A stretch of 64,000 bases of DNA from Clostridia bacterium (GTDB taxonomy: Bacteria; Bacillota; Clostridia; Christensenellales; Borkfalkiaceae), in contig CAAGGZ010000098.1 in assembly GCA_900769545.1 (NCBI GenBank), positions 3,941 through 67,940 of the forward strand. The letters are read 5' to 3'. The notes beneath the pieces were generated by a model, which was not told where the DNA came from, searched no databases, and saw nothing but the letters and a program-made list of their open reading frames with translations. The position numbers were made by a program, and so were the translations under genes. Shown here piece by piece: positions 18,002 to 28,238 of this stretch (the stretch's first letter is position 1; every line of letters begins with the position of its first letter).

Positions 18002-18355
18002 ATGTTAAAAATATATCAATGTGAAGCTTGTAAGAAGACGATTATCAGCAAAGTAGAGCTCCGTTTAGAGGGTTGGAAGGAATTGTTTGCAGGAAGCGTA
18101 GACGCGGCGCAGGAAAAGCACATTCCCGTTGTGAACGTAAGCGGTAATACCGTTAAAGTGGACGTAGGTAGCGTAGCGCATCCTATGACGGAAGAACATC
18201 TTATTGAATGGGTAGCGGTAGAAACGGAAAACGGCTATCAGGTACGTTCGTTGAAAGCGAATGATTCCCCTGTATGCGAATTTGTTCTTGCGGCTGGTGA
18301 AAGCGTGGTAGGCGTATACGCATATTGCAATCTTCACGGGCTTTGGAAAGCATAA
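18002..18355 (+). CDS. Superoxide reductase (desulfoferrodoxin family, reduced N-terminal domain)
   Basis: KHIPVV, HPMTEEHLIEW and CNLHGLWK are centre II ligands. The N-domain keeps only CEAC, as in the class III type. Confidence 0.8.
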   Translation: MLKIYQCEACKKTIISKVELRLEGWKELFAGSVDAAQEKHIPVVNVSGNTVKVDVGSVAHPMTEEHLIEWVAVETENGYQVRSLKANDSPVCEFVLAAGESVVGVYAYCNLHGLWKA

Positions 18356-18378
18356 ATAAATTTTAAAGGAAGATAATT

Positions 18379-18999
18379 ATGATTGAAAAAGAAGCGATGT
18401 ACAAAATAACGTATGGGCTTTTTATGGTGACGACGACGGACGGCGTAAAACAGAACGGCTGTATTGTCAATACCGTTTCGATGTTGACGGATGAACCCAA
18501 ACGCATTACGGTTTTTGTCAATAAAGCGAACTACACCAATACATTATTAAAAGAACACAAAGTGTTCAACGTTTCCGTTTTGACGGAAAAGACTCCGTTT
18601 GAAGTGTTCAAACAGTTTGGTTTTGTTTCGGGCAGAGACGTGGATAAGTTTGCGGATAAGGCATATCCAACGACGGAGAACGGCTTGAATTATCTTCCCG
18701 ATTGTTCCAATGCGGTGCTCAGCGCCAAAGTGGTGGATTTTTATGATTACGGTACGCATACGCTGTTTGTGGCGGAAGTGACGGACGCGAAGAAGCTGTC
18801 TGACGAGCCGTCAGTGACGTATGCGTATTATCAGAGCAATATCAAACCCAAGCCGCAAGCGGCGGCTCCTGCCGAGGAATTAGGCAAGGAGAAATGGGTT
18901 TGTAAAGTATGCGGTTACACGCATGAGGGGCCGTTGCCGGAGGATTTTATCTGTCCTTGGTGCAAACACCCTGCTTCCGATTTTGAAAAAGTAAATTAA
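18379..18999 (+). CDS. Flavin reductase-like domain fused to rubredoxin
   Basis: The C-terminal WVCKVCGY...CPWCKH is a rubredoxin motif. The N-terminal ~160 aa is flavin reductase-like. Confidence 0.8.
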   Translation: MIEKEAMYKITYGLFMVTTTDGVKQNGCIVNTVSMLTDEPKRITVFVNKANYTNTLLKEHKVFNVSVLTEKTPFEVFKQFGFVSGRDVDKFADKAYPTTENGLNYLPDCSNAVLSAKVVDFYDYGTHTLFVAEVTDAKKLSDEPSVTYAYYQSNIKPKPQAAAPAEELGKEKWVCKVCGYTHEGPLPEDFICPWCKHPASDFEKVN

Positions 19000-19125
19000 A
19001 GTAAAAGTAACACGGCGGCGGAGCGGAGAAGCTCCGCTGTTGAGCTTTTTCGACAAGAATCGACGGGGTTCAAAAGGAAAAATAAGGAAAAGGGTAAAAA
19101 AGGTTTTAAAAACGCCGAAAAAAGA

Positions 19126-19154
19126 CTTGACAGAAAAAAATGAAATTGTTATAA
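19126..19154 (+). promoter_or_regulatory. Sigma-70-type promoter of rpsU
   Basis: TTGACA, 17 nt, TATAAT preceded by TGT. Confidence 0.65.
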
Positions 19155-19202
19155 TTGCATAGTAAAAAATAAATGCAGAGGCGAAGGAGGGTTGAGAATA
19201 GT

Positions 19203-19379
19203 ATGTCTACGGTAAGAGTTGGTGAAAACGAAAACGTTGAAAGCGCATTGCGTCGCTTTAAGAGAAAGTGCTCCCGCGATGGTATCATTGGTGACTTGAG
19301 AAAGAAGGAATTTTATGAAAAGCCTTCCGTAAGAAGAAAGAAAAAGTCCGAAGCTGCCAGAAAGAGAAGCAGAAACTAA
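19203..19379 (+). CDS. rpsU: 30S ribosomal protein S21
   Basis: [25 protein letters not shown] follows aggaggg. Confidence 0.9.
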   Translation: MSTVRVGENENVESALRRFKRKCSRDGIIGDLRKKEFYEKPSVRRKKKSEAARKRSRN

Positions 19380-19387
19380 CGAACAAA

Positions 19388-19414
19388 AGAGCTCACGAGT
19401 CGTGGGCTCTTTTC
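19388..19414 (+). terminator. Intrinsic terminator after rpsU
   Basis: AGAGCTCACG-AGT-CGTGGGCTCT followed by TTT. Confidence 0.75.
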
Positions 19415-19477
19415 ATTTGCAAAATTTGTCGAAAGACAGCGTAAAAAAGAAAGAAATTTATCGAAGAGGTGAGAATT

Positions 19478-19894
19478 ATGTCGAATGAAACACGAACAGC
19501 GGAAGAAAGAACCTTGCGTGAAGAAGCCCGTCGCGCAAAATCCCGTATCAAGAGCGGTTTTTGGGCAGCGTGTCAGGAGGACATGATTTTACAAAAGGAA
19601 GAAGCGCGGCGACAGGGCGTGAACGAGAGTAAGGCAGGGCAGTTTTTCAAGACAAAAGTCACTGCGCAGATTGCAGGGGAAAAGGAAGACTCGTTTTATT
19701 TGCGTGTAAAAGAAATGCTGCTTAGCGAGGGCGAAGTCAGTGACGCCATCGGGCGTTTGACCGACCGAGAGTATTACAACACCCTTTCCTATGAAGAAAA
19801 ACAGCGATATAATCTCACGCTCAGCGAGAAATATCTTCGCGCATTGGAGCGTTTTAGACGGGAGTGCGAGTTTGATTTGTTGAATAAAGCGTAA
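19478..19894 (+). CDS. Hypothetical charged protein
   Basis: 138 aa, Arg/Glu-rich, no recognised motif. ATG follows gaagaggtg. A terminator follows the gene. Confidence 0.45.
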   Translation: MSNETRTAEERTLREEARRAKSRIKSGFWAACQEDMILQKEEARRQGVNESKAGQFFKTKVTAQIAGEKEDSFYLRVKEMLLSEGEVSDAIGRLTDREYYNTLSYEEKQRYNLTLSEKYLRALERFRRECEFDLLNKA

Positions 19895-19896
19895 TA

Positions 19897-19921
19897 AAAA
19901 GCCCACGGTTGTGGGCTTTTT
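19897..19921 (+). terminator. Intrinsic terminator
   Basis: AAAAGCCCAC-GGTT-GTGGGCTTTTT. Confidence 0.8.
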
Positions 19922-19954
19922 AAATGCAAAATGCAAAGTGCAAAGTGCAAAATG
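19922..19954 (+). repeat. Heptamer array (4 units)
   Basis: TAAATGCAAAATGCAAAGTGCAAAGTGCAAAATG with TGCA at 19925, 19932, 19939 and 19946. Flank TTGGTAAGG. It lies directly after a terminator hairpin. Confidence 0.85.
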
Positions 19955-20052
19955 TTGGTAAGGTTTATATGAAATTAGTGTTCGGAGCAATAGTCGCTCC
20001 TGTTTAAGGGGGACTTTTTTGTATGGAAATGAAGTTTGCTTGCCGTAGAAAC

Positions 20053-20081
20053 TTGCAAAAAAAGCTCCTTTGTGGTATAAT
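20053..20081 (+). promoter_or_regulatory. Sigma-70-type promoter of pcrA (near-leaderless)
   Basis: TTGCAA, 17 nt, TATAAT preceded by TGG. The -10 ends 9 nt before the ATG at 20091, and there is no SD. Confidence 0.5.
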
Positions 20082-20090
20082 ATTTCCGTT

Positions 20091-22496
20091 ATGGCACAGA
20101 TGCAAGAATTATTGGAAAAATTAAATGACGAACAAATCAAACCCGTGTTGCAAACAGAGGGCCCTGTCCTTGTGTTGGCTGGCGCAGGGAGCGGTAAAAC
20201 ACGCGTTTTAACCTCGCGTATTGCCTATCTCGTGGAGGAAAAAGGCGTGCCTGCGGACGCAATTCTCGCCATTACCTTCACCAACAAAGCCGCCAATGAA
20301 ATGAAAGAGCGTTTGAGCGCGATTGTAGACATTTCCCGCTCCTGGGTGTGCACCATTCACAGTATGTGCGTGCGTATTTTGCGTATGTATGCCACGGAAG
20401 TGGGCATTAACCAAAATTTCTCCATTTACAGCGAGACGGAGCGCAACAATATCGTCAAAAAATCCTTCCAAGAATGTGATTTTGACGACGAAAAATTGCT
20501 CAAGAATATTAAATGGCATATCGCAAATGCGAAAATGTTAGGGCTTGAGCCTGAAAAATATGCCGAGGAATATGCCTACGAGCGTGAAATCGATGAAATT
20601 ACGAAGGTGTATACCCGTTATCAAAAGCATTTGCGTGAAAACAATTCGCTCGATTTTGACGATTTGCTCAACGAGACCCGTCGTTTGCTCAAAACGAATA
20701 AGGAAGCGAGGGAATATTTAGGGAGCAAATTCCGTTATATTCTCGTGGACGAGTTTCAAGACACCAATGCAGTGCAATATGAAATTATTCGTTATTTATC
20801 GTCTGTGCACGGCAATTTGTTTGCCGTTGGTGACGACGATCAATCCATTTACGGTTGGCGTGGGGCAAAAATAGAGAATATTTTGCACTTTGAAAAGGAC
20901 TTCAAGGACGCAAAAGTATTCAAGCTGGAGCGCAATTACCGTTCGACGAAGAACATTCTAAAACTCGCAAACACTGTTATTAAAAATAACGGCAACCGTA
21001 AGGACAAGACCCTTTGGACGGAGAACGACGAGGGCGCAGAGGGTAAGGTGCACGAAGCGGAAGAAGAGGGCGGCGAGGCGCGGTATATTGCGCAGACGAT
21101 TGCCGGGCTTATGCGCAATTACGGTTATAAATTTTCCGATTTTGCCGTGTTGATGCGACTTAACGCATTGACCCGTTCTTTCGAACAAGAGTTCACAGGG
21201 GACGGAATCCCCTATAAGGTATTCGGCGGCTTCAAGTTCTTCGAGCGTAAAGAAATCAAGGATTTGTTGGCGTATTTACGCCTTATCAATAACCCTTTTG
21301 ACAGTGAAGCGGCAATCAGAATCATCAACTTCCCCAAGCGTGGGATTGGCGCGAGAACGGTGGAAGCTTTGCAAAACTACGCCTCGGAAAACGAGCTGAC
21401 GGTATATGACGCATTGCTTGATATTGACGAAATCGGGTTCACGGGCGCAACGAGAGAGAAATTGGTCGGGTTTCGTGATTTGATTAAAAAATGGATCATC
21501 GATAGCTTGGATATGCCCATTAACGAGTTGGTAAAATCCATCGTCGAGGACACTCGTATGCGTGAAGTGTACGCCGATGAATCGGACGAAAGTATTAACA
21601 AACGCGCAAATATAGAGGAATTTATCAATTCGGTAGAGGAGTACAGCCGTTTGAACGAAGGGGCAACGCTCACCGATTATCTCAATCAAGTAACGCTCTC
21701 GTCGGACACGGACGAAATGGATGATTCCGACTATGTGACGCTCGCTACCGTACATTCGGTGAAAGGCTTGGAATACCGTTGCGTGTTCGTTTGCGGTATG
21801 GAGGAAAATATCCTGCCTGTTTCCCGCGCGGTGGATAACGACGACGATATGGAAGAAGAACGCCGTTTGATGTACGTTGCCATTACCCGAGCCAAAGAAA
21901 ATATTTATTTCACGCGCAGTAAGAGCCGTTATCTCTACGGCAAGCGTGAACCGACTATGCGTTCTCGATTCTTAAAAGAGCTTTCCTCGGAGTTAGAGCT
22001 TCCGAAAGAAGCGCCGAGAAGAGCGTTCGGATACGGTGATTACGATGACCCCGAAATGTACGGAAATTCGTCCTACGGTGGGGGCAGGTATGCGTCGAAC
22101 GATGATTATAGCGGCAGGAAGAGCAACTTTGGCAGCGGTTACAGCGGTTATGGCAGAGGGGATTCTGCGCGCTCTAATTCAGGGGTGACGCGCTCTGCGT
22201 GGAACGGCGGTTCTTCGTATGGAGCAAGCAATACAAGCCATAGCAGTACGAGCAGTCAAAAGAGCGGCGGTTTTACCTATGGCGGCATTTCACGCGCGCC
22301 GATAAAGCCCACGGCGACGTCAGGAAAGGATTTATCCGTTTTCCGTATCGGCGTAAAAGTAAAGCACCCGAAATTTGGTATTGGCACGATTGTTGGCGTT
22401 CGCGGAACGGGCGCAAATATGATTGTGGATATTGGTTTTGAGGGGGTGGGGATAAAGCAGTTGTCTGCTTCCCTTGCGCCTTTAACGGTTCTTTGA
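20091..22496 (+). CDS. pcrA: ATP-dependent DNA helicase PcrA/UvrD with Gly/Ser/Tyr-rich linker
   Basis: AGAGSGKT Walker A, DEFQDTN, YRS, VHSVKGLEY, and a C-terminal KHPKFGIGTIVGV Tudor-like tail. Confidence 0.9.
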   Translation: MAQMQELLEKLNDEQIKPVLQTEGPVLVLAGAGSGKTRVLTSRIAYLVEEKGVPADAILAITFTNKAANEMKERLSAIVDISRSWVCTIHSMCVRILRMYATEVGINQNFSIYSETERNNIVKKSFQECDFDDEKLLKNIKWHIANAKMLGLEPEKYAEEYAYEREIDEITKVYTRYQKHLRENNSLDFDDLLNETRRLLKTNKEAREYLGSKFRYILVDEFQDTNAVQYEIIRYLSSVHGNLFAVGDDDQSIYGWRGAKIENILHFEKDFKDAKVFKLERNYRSTKNILKLANTVIKNNGNRKDKTLWTENDEGAEGKVHEAEEEGGEARYIAQTIAGLMRNYGYKFSDFAVLMRLNALTRSFEQEFTGDGIPYKVFGGFKFFERKEIKDLLAYLRLINNPFDSEAAIRIINFPKRGIGARTVEALQNYASENELTVYDALLDIDEIGFTGATREKLVGFRDLIKKWIIDSLDMPINELVKSIVEDTRMREVYADESDESINKRANIEEFINSVEEYSRLNEGATLTDYLNQVTLSSDTDEMDDSDYVTLATVHSVKGLEYRCVFVCGMEENILPVSRAVDNDDDMEEERRLMYVAITRAKENIYFTRSKSRYLYGKREPTMRSRFLKELSSELELPKEAPRRAFGYGDYDDPEMYGNSSYGGGRYASNDDYSGRKSNFGSGYSGYGRGDSARSNSGVTRSAWNGGSSYGASNTSHSSTSSQKSGGFTYGGISRAPIKPTATSGKDLSVFRIGVKVKHPKFGIGTIVGVRGTGANMIVDIGFEGVGIKQLSASLAPLTVL

Positions 22497-24623
<2,127 letters not shown>

Positions 24624-24646
24624 TAAAACGAAAAGGCTTTTCAACC

Positions 24647-24765
24647 GGAAGTCAAGAAACTCAGTTTCTTGCGGAGTGCAGGGCGGAGCCTTTGCAATAA
24701 CCTCACTAAAAGCAAGCTTTGCTTGCGTTACTACTGCGTAAGCAGTCCATGGGCGAAGCCCAAAA
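24647..24765 (+). repeat. Diverged solo copy of the four-hairpin core (no heptamer arrays)
   Basis: GGAAGTCAAGAAACTCAGTTTCTTG..TGCAGGGCGGAGCCTTTGCA..GCAAGCTTTGCTTGC..ACTGCGTAAGCAGT is colinear with 42550-42655. It lies between the ligA stop and the terminator. Confidence 0.8.
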
Positions 24766-24782
24766 ACTTTCATAAAACAAAA

Positions 24783-24808
24783 ATCGCGGTTAGAGCCGCG
24801 ATTTTTTT
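24783..24808. terminator. Bidirectional intrinsic terminator (ligA / lipoprotein gene)
   Basis: ATCGCGG-TTAGAG-CCGCGAT with an A-run upstream and a T-run downstream. Confidence 0.8.
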
Positions 24809-24859
24809 AAGAGGAAAAACAAATAACTTAATTTTATTTTTCATAGTATAACCTCTTAT

Positions 24860-25450
24860 TTACGAATTTCTAACATAAACGACTAAAGTTTTGATAATTC
24901 TTGGATGGTTAAAATAGAATATTACTCCGTCAATATCTAATGTAGTAGGATAGTCTACCCCAAAAGAGAATTCCAATCCGCTTAATATTTTTAAGACGGG
25001 ATAATTATTGTAAAAGCCATAAAACCAAGTTAAATCAATATCTTTAGCTTCAATATCGGGACAAGATGTACCAGGCTGTTCGCGAAGTTCTTTTGCGCGT
25101 GCTTCTTTTATTTCGGCGGCTAATTCATCGCTTAATTTTTCATTAGGGCTACTTTGTATTCCGTTGCGAATGTCGGCAATTTTTTGAAGGTCTTCTTTGC
25201 TGATGAACCCCAGTTTATAAGCTTCTTCCAAAGTATAAAATGTCCCGAGTGTAACAATTTCTTCACTGCTTTCTACTTCACTACTTTCTTCACTGCTTTC
25301 TACTTCACTACTTTCTTCGCTACTTTCCACCGAGCTGTTTACGCTCTCCACGCTACTATCCGAAGTAGCGCCGCCGCAAGCGGAAAAAACAAGGCTGAAA
25401 ACCAATATGGCCGAAAGTAAAAGTGCCTGTAAACGTTTCATTTTTTTCAT
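24860..25450 (-). CDS. Lipoprotein with Ser/Glu-rich linker, unknown C-terminal domain
   Basis: Lipobox LVFSACGG. A 27-bp in-frame tandem repeat encodes SSEESSEVE twice. Confidence 0.65.
   Translation of the reverse strand: MKKMKRLQALLLSAILVFSLVFSACGGATSDSSVESVNSSVESSEESSEVESSEESSEVESSEEIVTLGTFYTLEEAYKLGFISKEDLQKIADIRNGIQSSPNEKLSDELAAEIKEARAKELREQPGTSCPDIEAKDIDLTWFYGFYNNYPVLKILSGLEFSFGVDYPTTLDIDGVIFYFNHPRIIKTLVVYVRNS
25269..25322 (-). repeat. In-frame tandem repeat (2 x 27 bp) encoding SSEESSEVE
   Basis: TTCTTCACTGCTTTCTACTTCACTACT appears twice, perfectly. Confidence 0.85.
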
Positions 25451-25518
25451 AATAATACCTCCTAATGGATTATCTGCTTTATATACCTATTTTTTTTGAT
25501 TATTTTTCCACTTATTTT
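25322..25518 (-). repeat. ~197-bp duplicated lipoprotein 5' cassette, copy 1
   Basis: The cassette holds upstream region, RBS, signal peptide and start of the S/E linker. It is near-identical to 25991-26187, with a few substitutions and one 1-nt indel. Confidence 0.85.
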
Positions 25519-26119
25519 TAATTCGTTTATTTGCGGTCAATAAACCATTTAAGCCCCATTGCGCACTATAATACGAATCAGTAGCAACCCAATTATACTC
25601 AATATCATAATTATATTGCGGTTCGGCTACTAAAACAATATCCAAATCTTCTATTTCATCGATAAGTTTCAAAACGTTTTCTTTGCTATGCGTATACAAT
25701 TCAAAAACTAATGATTGATTTGTTCTTTCTCTTAAATTTAACCGTTTGTTCTCATTGGCGTAAATGGTATCATGATAATTGCTTATACTATAGACTTGGT
25801 CTAAACTTGCAAAAGGGAAATCGGAAAAACCAATGGTTTCCATTGTGCTATATTTGCTTTTTAAAATTACGCAGATAAGATTATCTTCAAAATCTTCTTC
25901 AATAGTGGGTTCTCGATGATATCGTAGAAGGTCTTTATCGTCTTCACTGAGGTCATCTTCTTGTGAAGTTTCGCCTGAACTATCCATCGAACTTTCCACC
26001 GAGCTATTTACGCTCTCCACGCTACTATCCGAAGTAGCGCCGCCACAAGCGGACAAAATAAGGCTGAAAACCAATACAGCCGAAAGTAAAAGTGTCTGTA
26101 AACGTTTTAATTTTTTCAT
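25487..26119 (-). CDS. Lipoprotein resembling a subtilase (S8) propeptide, truncated just after the QWGL motif
   Basis: Its N-terminal 45 aa are near-identical to the neighbouring gene. The body is I9-propeptide-like and ends ...AEPQYNYD..YYSAQWGLNGL. The tail is encoded by duplicated upstream-region sequence. Confidence 0.55.
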   Translation of the reverse strand: MKKLKRLQTLLLSAVLVFSLILSACGGATSDSSVESVNSSVESSMDSSGETSQEDDLSEDDKDLLRYHREPTIEEDFEDNLICVILKSKYSTMETIGFSDFPFASLDQVYSISNYHDTIYANENKRLNLRERTNQSLVFELYTHSKENVLKLIDEIEDLDIVLVAEPQYNYDIEYNWVATDSYYSAQWGLNGLLTANKRIKNKWKNNQKK

Positions 26120-26187
26120 AATAATACCTCCTAATGGATTTATCTATTTTATATACTTATTTTTTTGATTATTTTTCCACTTATTTT
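25991..26187 (-). repeat. ~197-bp duplicated lipoprotein 5' cassette, copy 2
   Basis: See copy 1. Both contain CATAATAATACCTCCTAATGGATT and TTTTTTGATTATTTTTCCACTTATTTT. Confidence 0.85.
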
Positions 26188-26355
26188 ACGAATTTTTTTA
26201 TTATCTTGTACCTATATAACGAAACAAAAAGAGATTTTACTCACTAATTTTTTTTGAGTATAGCATAAAAGCCTCGTATTGTCAGTACCAAAGAGAAAAA
26301 AATAGGCTCTTTTATAATTTATTATAAAAAAGCTGAAAAAACAGAGCAATACCAC

Positions 26356-26384
26356 TTGAAATTTTAGGAAAAGTCTGCTATAAT
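26356..26384 (+). promoter_or_regulatory. Sigma-70-type promoter
   Basis: TTGAAA, 17 nt, TATAAT preceded by TGC. Confidence 0.6.
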
Positions 26385-26434
26385 GATAAGACCCGAAAAA
26401 TCGGGTGAATTTCATCGACAGAGGAAAAAAACGT

Positions 26435-27310
26435 ATGCTCAGTATGACAGGGTACGGAAAAGGGGAATACAGCGAGGGCGGAATCGAGCTCGTTTGCGAA
26501 ATCAAAACGGTGAATAACCGTTATTTGGACGTTTCTATCAAAGCGCCGCGTATTTTCGCCGCTTATGAGGACGTGATTCGCAACACCGTCCGTAAAAAAT
26601 TAACGAGAGGGCACGCCGACGTGTTTGTTTCGCTTAAGGACAAGCGTGAACGTCCTACCGCGCTCGTCACCGATTTGGCGCTTGCTTCGTCTTACGTGGC
26701 GGCGGCAAAAGCCATTAAGGAAGCCTTTCCCGATTTGACGGACGACGTAACGTTGACCTCTGTTTTGCGTTATCCCGAAGTTTTAAAGCAAGAAGATTCG
26801 CAGTGTTTAGATGAGGAGCTGACAAACGCTCTGCAATCTGCATTGGAGCTTGCATTAGACAAGCTCAACGAAATGCGGCTTGTGGAAGGGGAAAAATTAA
26901 AAGCGGATATGCTTTCCCGTGTGGGGACGATTGAAACGCTCGTGGCGGAAATCTCTGAAAGAGCGCCTAAAATCGCCGAGGAGCATCGTGAAAAACTCCG
27001 CGCGAGAATGGAAGAATATTTGGCGGACGTACCCGTAGATGAGAGTAGATTGCTTTCCGAAATTGCGGTATTTGCGGACAGAACGAATATCGATGAGGAG
27101 CTGACGAGGCTTCGCAGCCATATCGAACAGTTCCGTAGCATTTGCGAGGAAGGCGTGGTCGGCAGAAAGTTGGATTTCTTAGTACAGGAATTCAACCGTG
27201 AAGCCAATACCACCTGCTCCAAGAGCAACGACGTGACCATCACGCGGACGGGGCTTGCGCTCAAAAATGAAATCGAAAAAATTCGCGAACAAGTACAAAA
27301 CCTCGAATAA
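26435..27310 (+). CDS. YicC/YloC family stress-induced protein
   Basis: MLSMTGYGKGE start, C-terminal REANTTCSKSND and EKIREQVQNLE. The position upstream of gmk fits. Confidence 0.85.
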   Translation: MLSMTGYGKGEYSEGGIELVCEIKTVNNRYLDVSIKAPRIFAAYEDVIRNTVRKKLTRGHADVFVSLKDKRERPTALVTDLALASSYVAAAKAIKEAFPDLTDDVTLTSVLRYPEVLKQEDSQCLDEELTNALQSALELALDKLNEMRLVEGEKLKADMLSRVGTIETLVAEISERAPKIAEEHREKLRARMEEYLADVPVDESRLLSEIAVFADRTNIDEELTRLRSHIEQFRSICEEGVVGRKLDFLVQEFNREANTTCSKSNDVTITRTGLALKNEIEKIREQVQNLE

Positions 27311-27319
27311 AGGAGTCCT

Positions 27320-27868
27320 ATGAAGCACGTATTATTGGCTGTTTCGGGCCCTTCCGGCGTAGGTAAGGGCACGATGGTAAAAACTTTGATTGCGCGAAGG
27401 GCGGACGTTGTGGAATCGGTTTCCTGTACAACGCGCGCGCCCAGAGAGGGCGAAATTCACGGCAAACACTACTTCTTTTTGTCCAAAGAGGAGTTTGAGC
27501 GCCGTATCGCCGAAGATGATTTCTTGGAATATGACGAGCATTTTGGCAATTACTACGGTACGCCGAAATCGTTTGTCAGGGAAACTTTGAAAACGAAATC
27601 CGTTATCATGGAAATTGACGTGGTGGGCGCGCTTAATGCAAAAAAAGCCTTCCCCGAATGCGTTTTGGTTATGGTAACGCCGCCTTCGGTAGAGGAGCTC
27701 AAACGCCGCTTGTCGAGCAGGGGCTCGGAATCGGAGGAGCAGATTTTAAACAGACTCGCCCGTATGGAGTACGAGCTGTCGCACAAAGACGAATACGACT
27801 ACATTATCGTCAACGATGATTTGGAAGCCGCCATTAGCGAGCTGAGCAAAATCATCGACGGCGAATGA
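27320..27868 (+). CDS. gmk: Guanylate kinase
   Basis: GPSGVGKGT P-loop. 182 aa. Confidence 0.9.
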   Translation: MKHVLLAVSGPSGVGKGTMVKTLIARRADVVESVSCTTRAPREGEIHGKHYFFLSKEEFERRIAEDDFLEYDEHFGNYYGTPKSFVRETLKTKSVIMEIDVVGALNAKKAFPECVLVMVTPPSVEELKRRLSSRGSESEEQILNRLARMEYELSHKDEYDYIIVNDDLEAAISELSKIIDGE

Positions 27869-27914
27869 AAATAGTCGATTGAATAAATAAAAACCAAACA
27901 AGGAGTGAATAATT

Positions 27915-28136
27915 ATGATAAATGAACCTTCTGTTGACGTAATGATCAGAAAACTCGGTACGGAGGAAGACCCGATTAGCCGTTATGCGCTCTGTACGAT
28001 TGCGGCAAAGCGCGCCCGTCAAATCATCGAGACGGAAAAAAATCTCGGTGTACACGATTCCACGGGTAAGGATAAAGAATTGTTGTCGGCTTGTAAAGAT
28101 ATTGCTGACGGCAAAGTCATTATTGCAAAGGACTAA
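27915..28136 (+). CDS. rpoZ: DNA-directed RNA polymerase subunit omega
   Basis: 73 aa. SRYALCTIAAKRARQI motif. Follows gmk. Confidence 0.85.
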   Translation: MINEPSVDVMIRKLGTEEDPISRYALCTIAAKRARQIIETEKNLGVHDSTGKDKELLSACKDIADGKVIIAKD

Positions 28137-28238
28137 GTTTCAACAAAAGTTGCCTCGGCGTATTCCGTCAGAGGCAATTTTTAGGTAAAGGCTTTTTCGC
28201 CTTAATTTAATCGCCTTAATACAAAAGGGAGTGAACGT

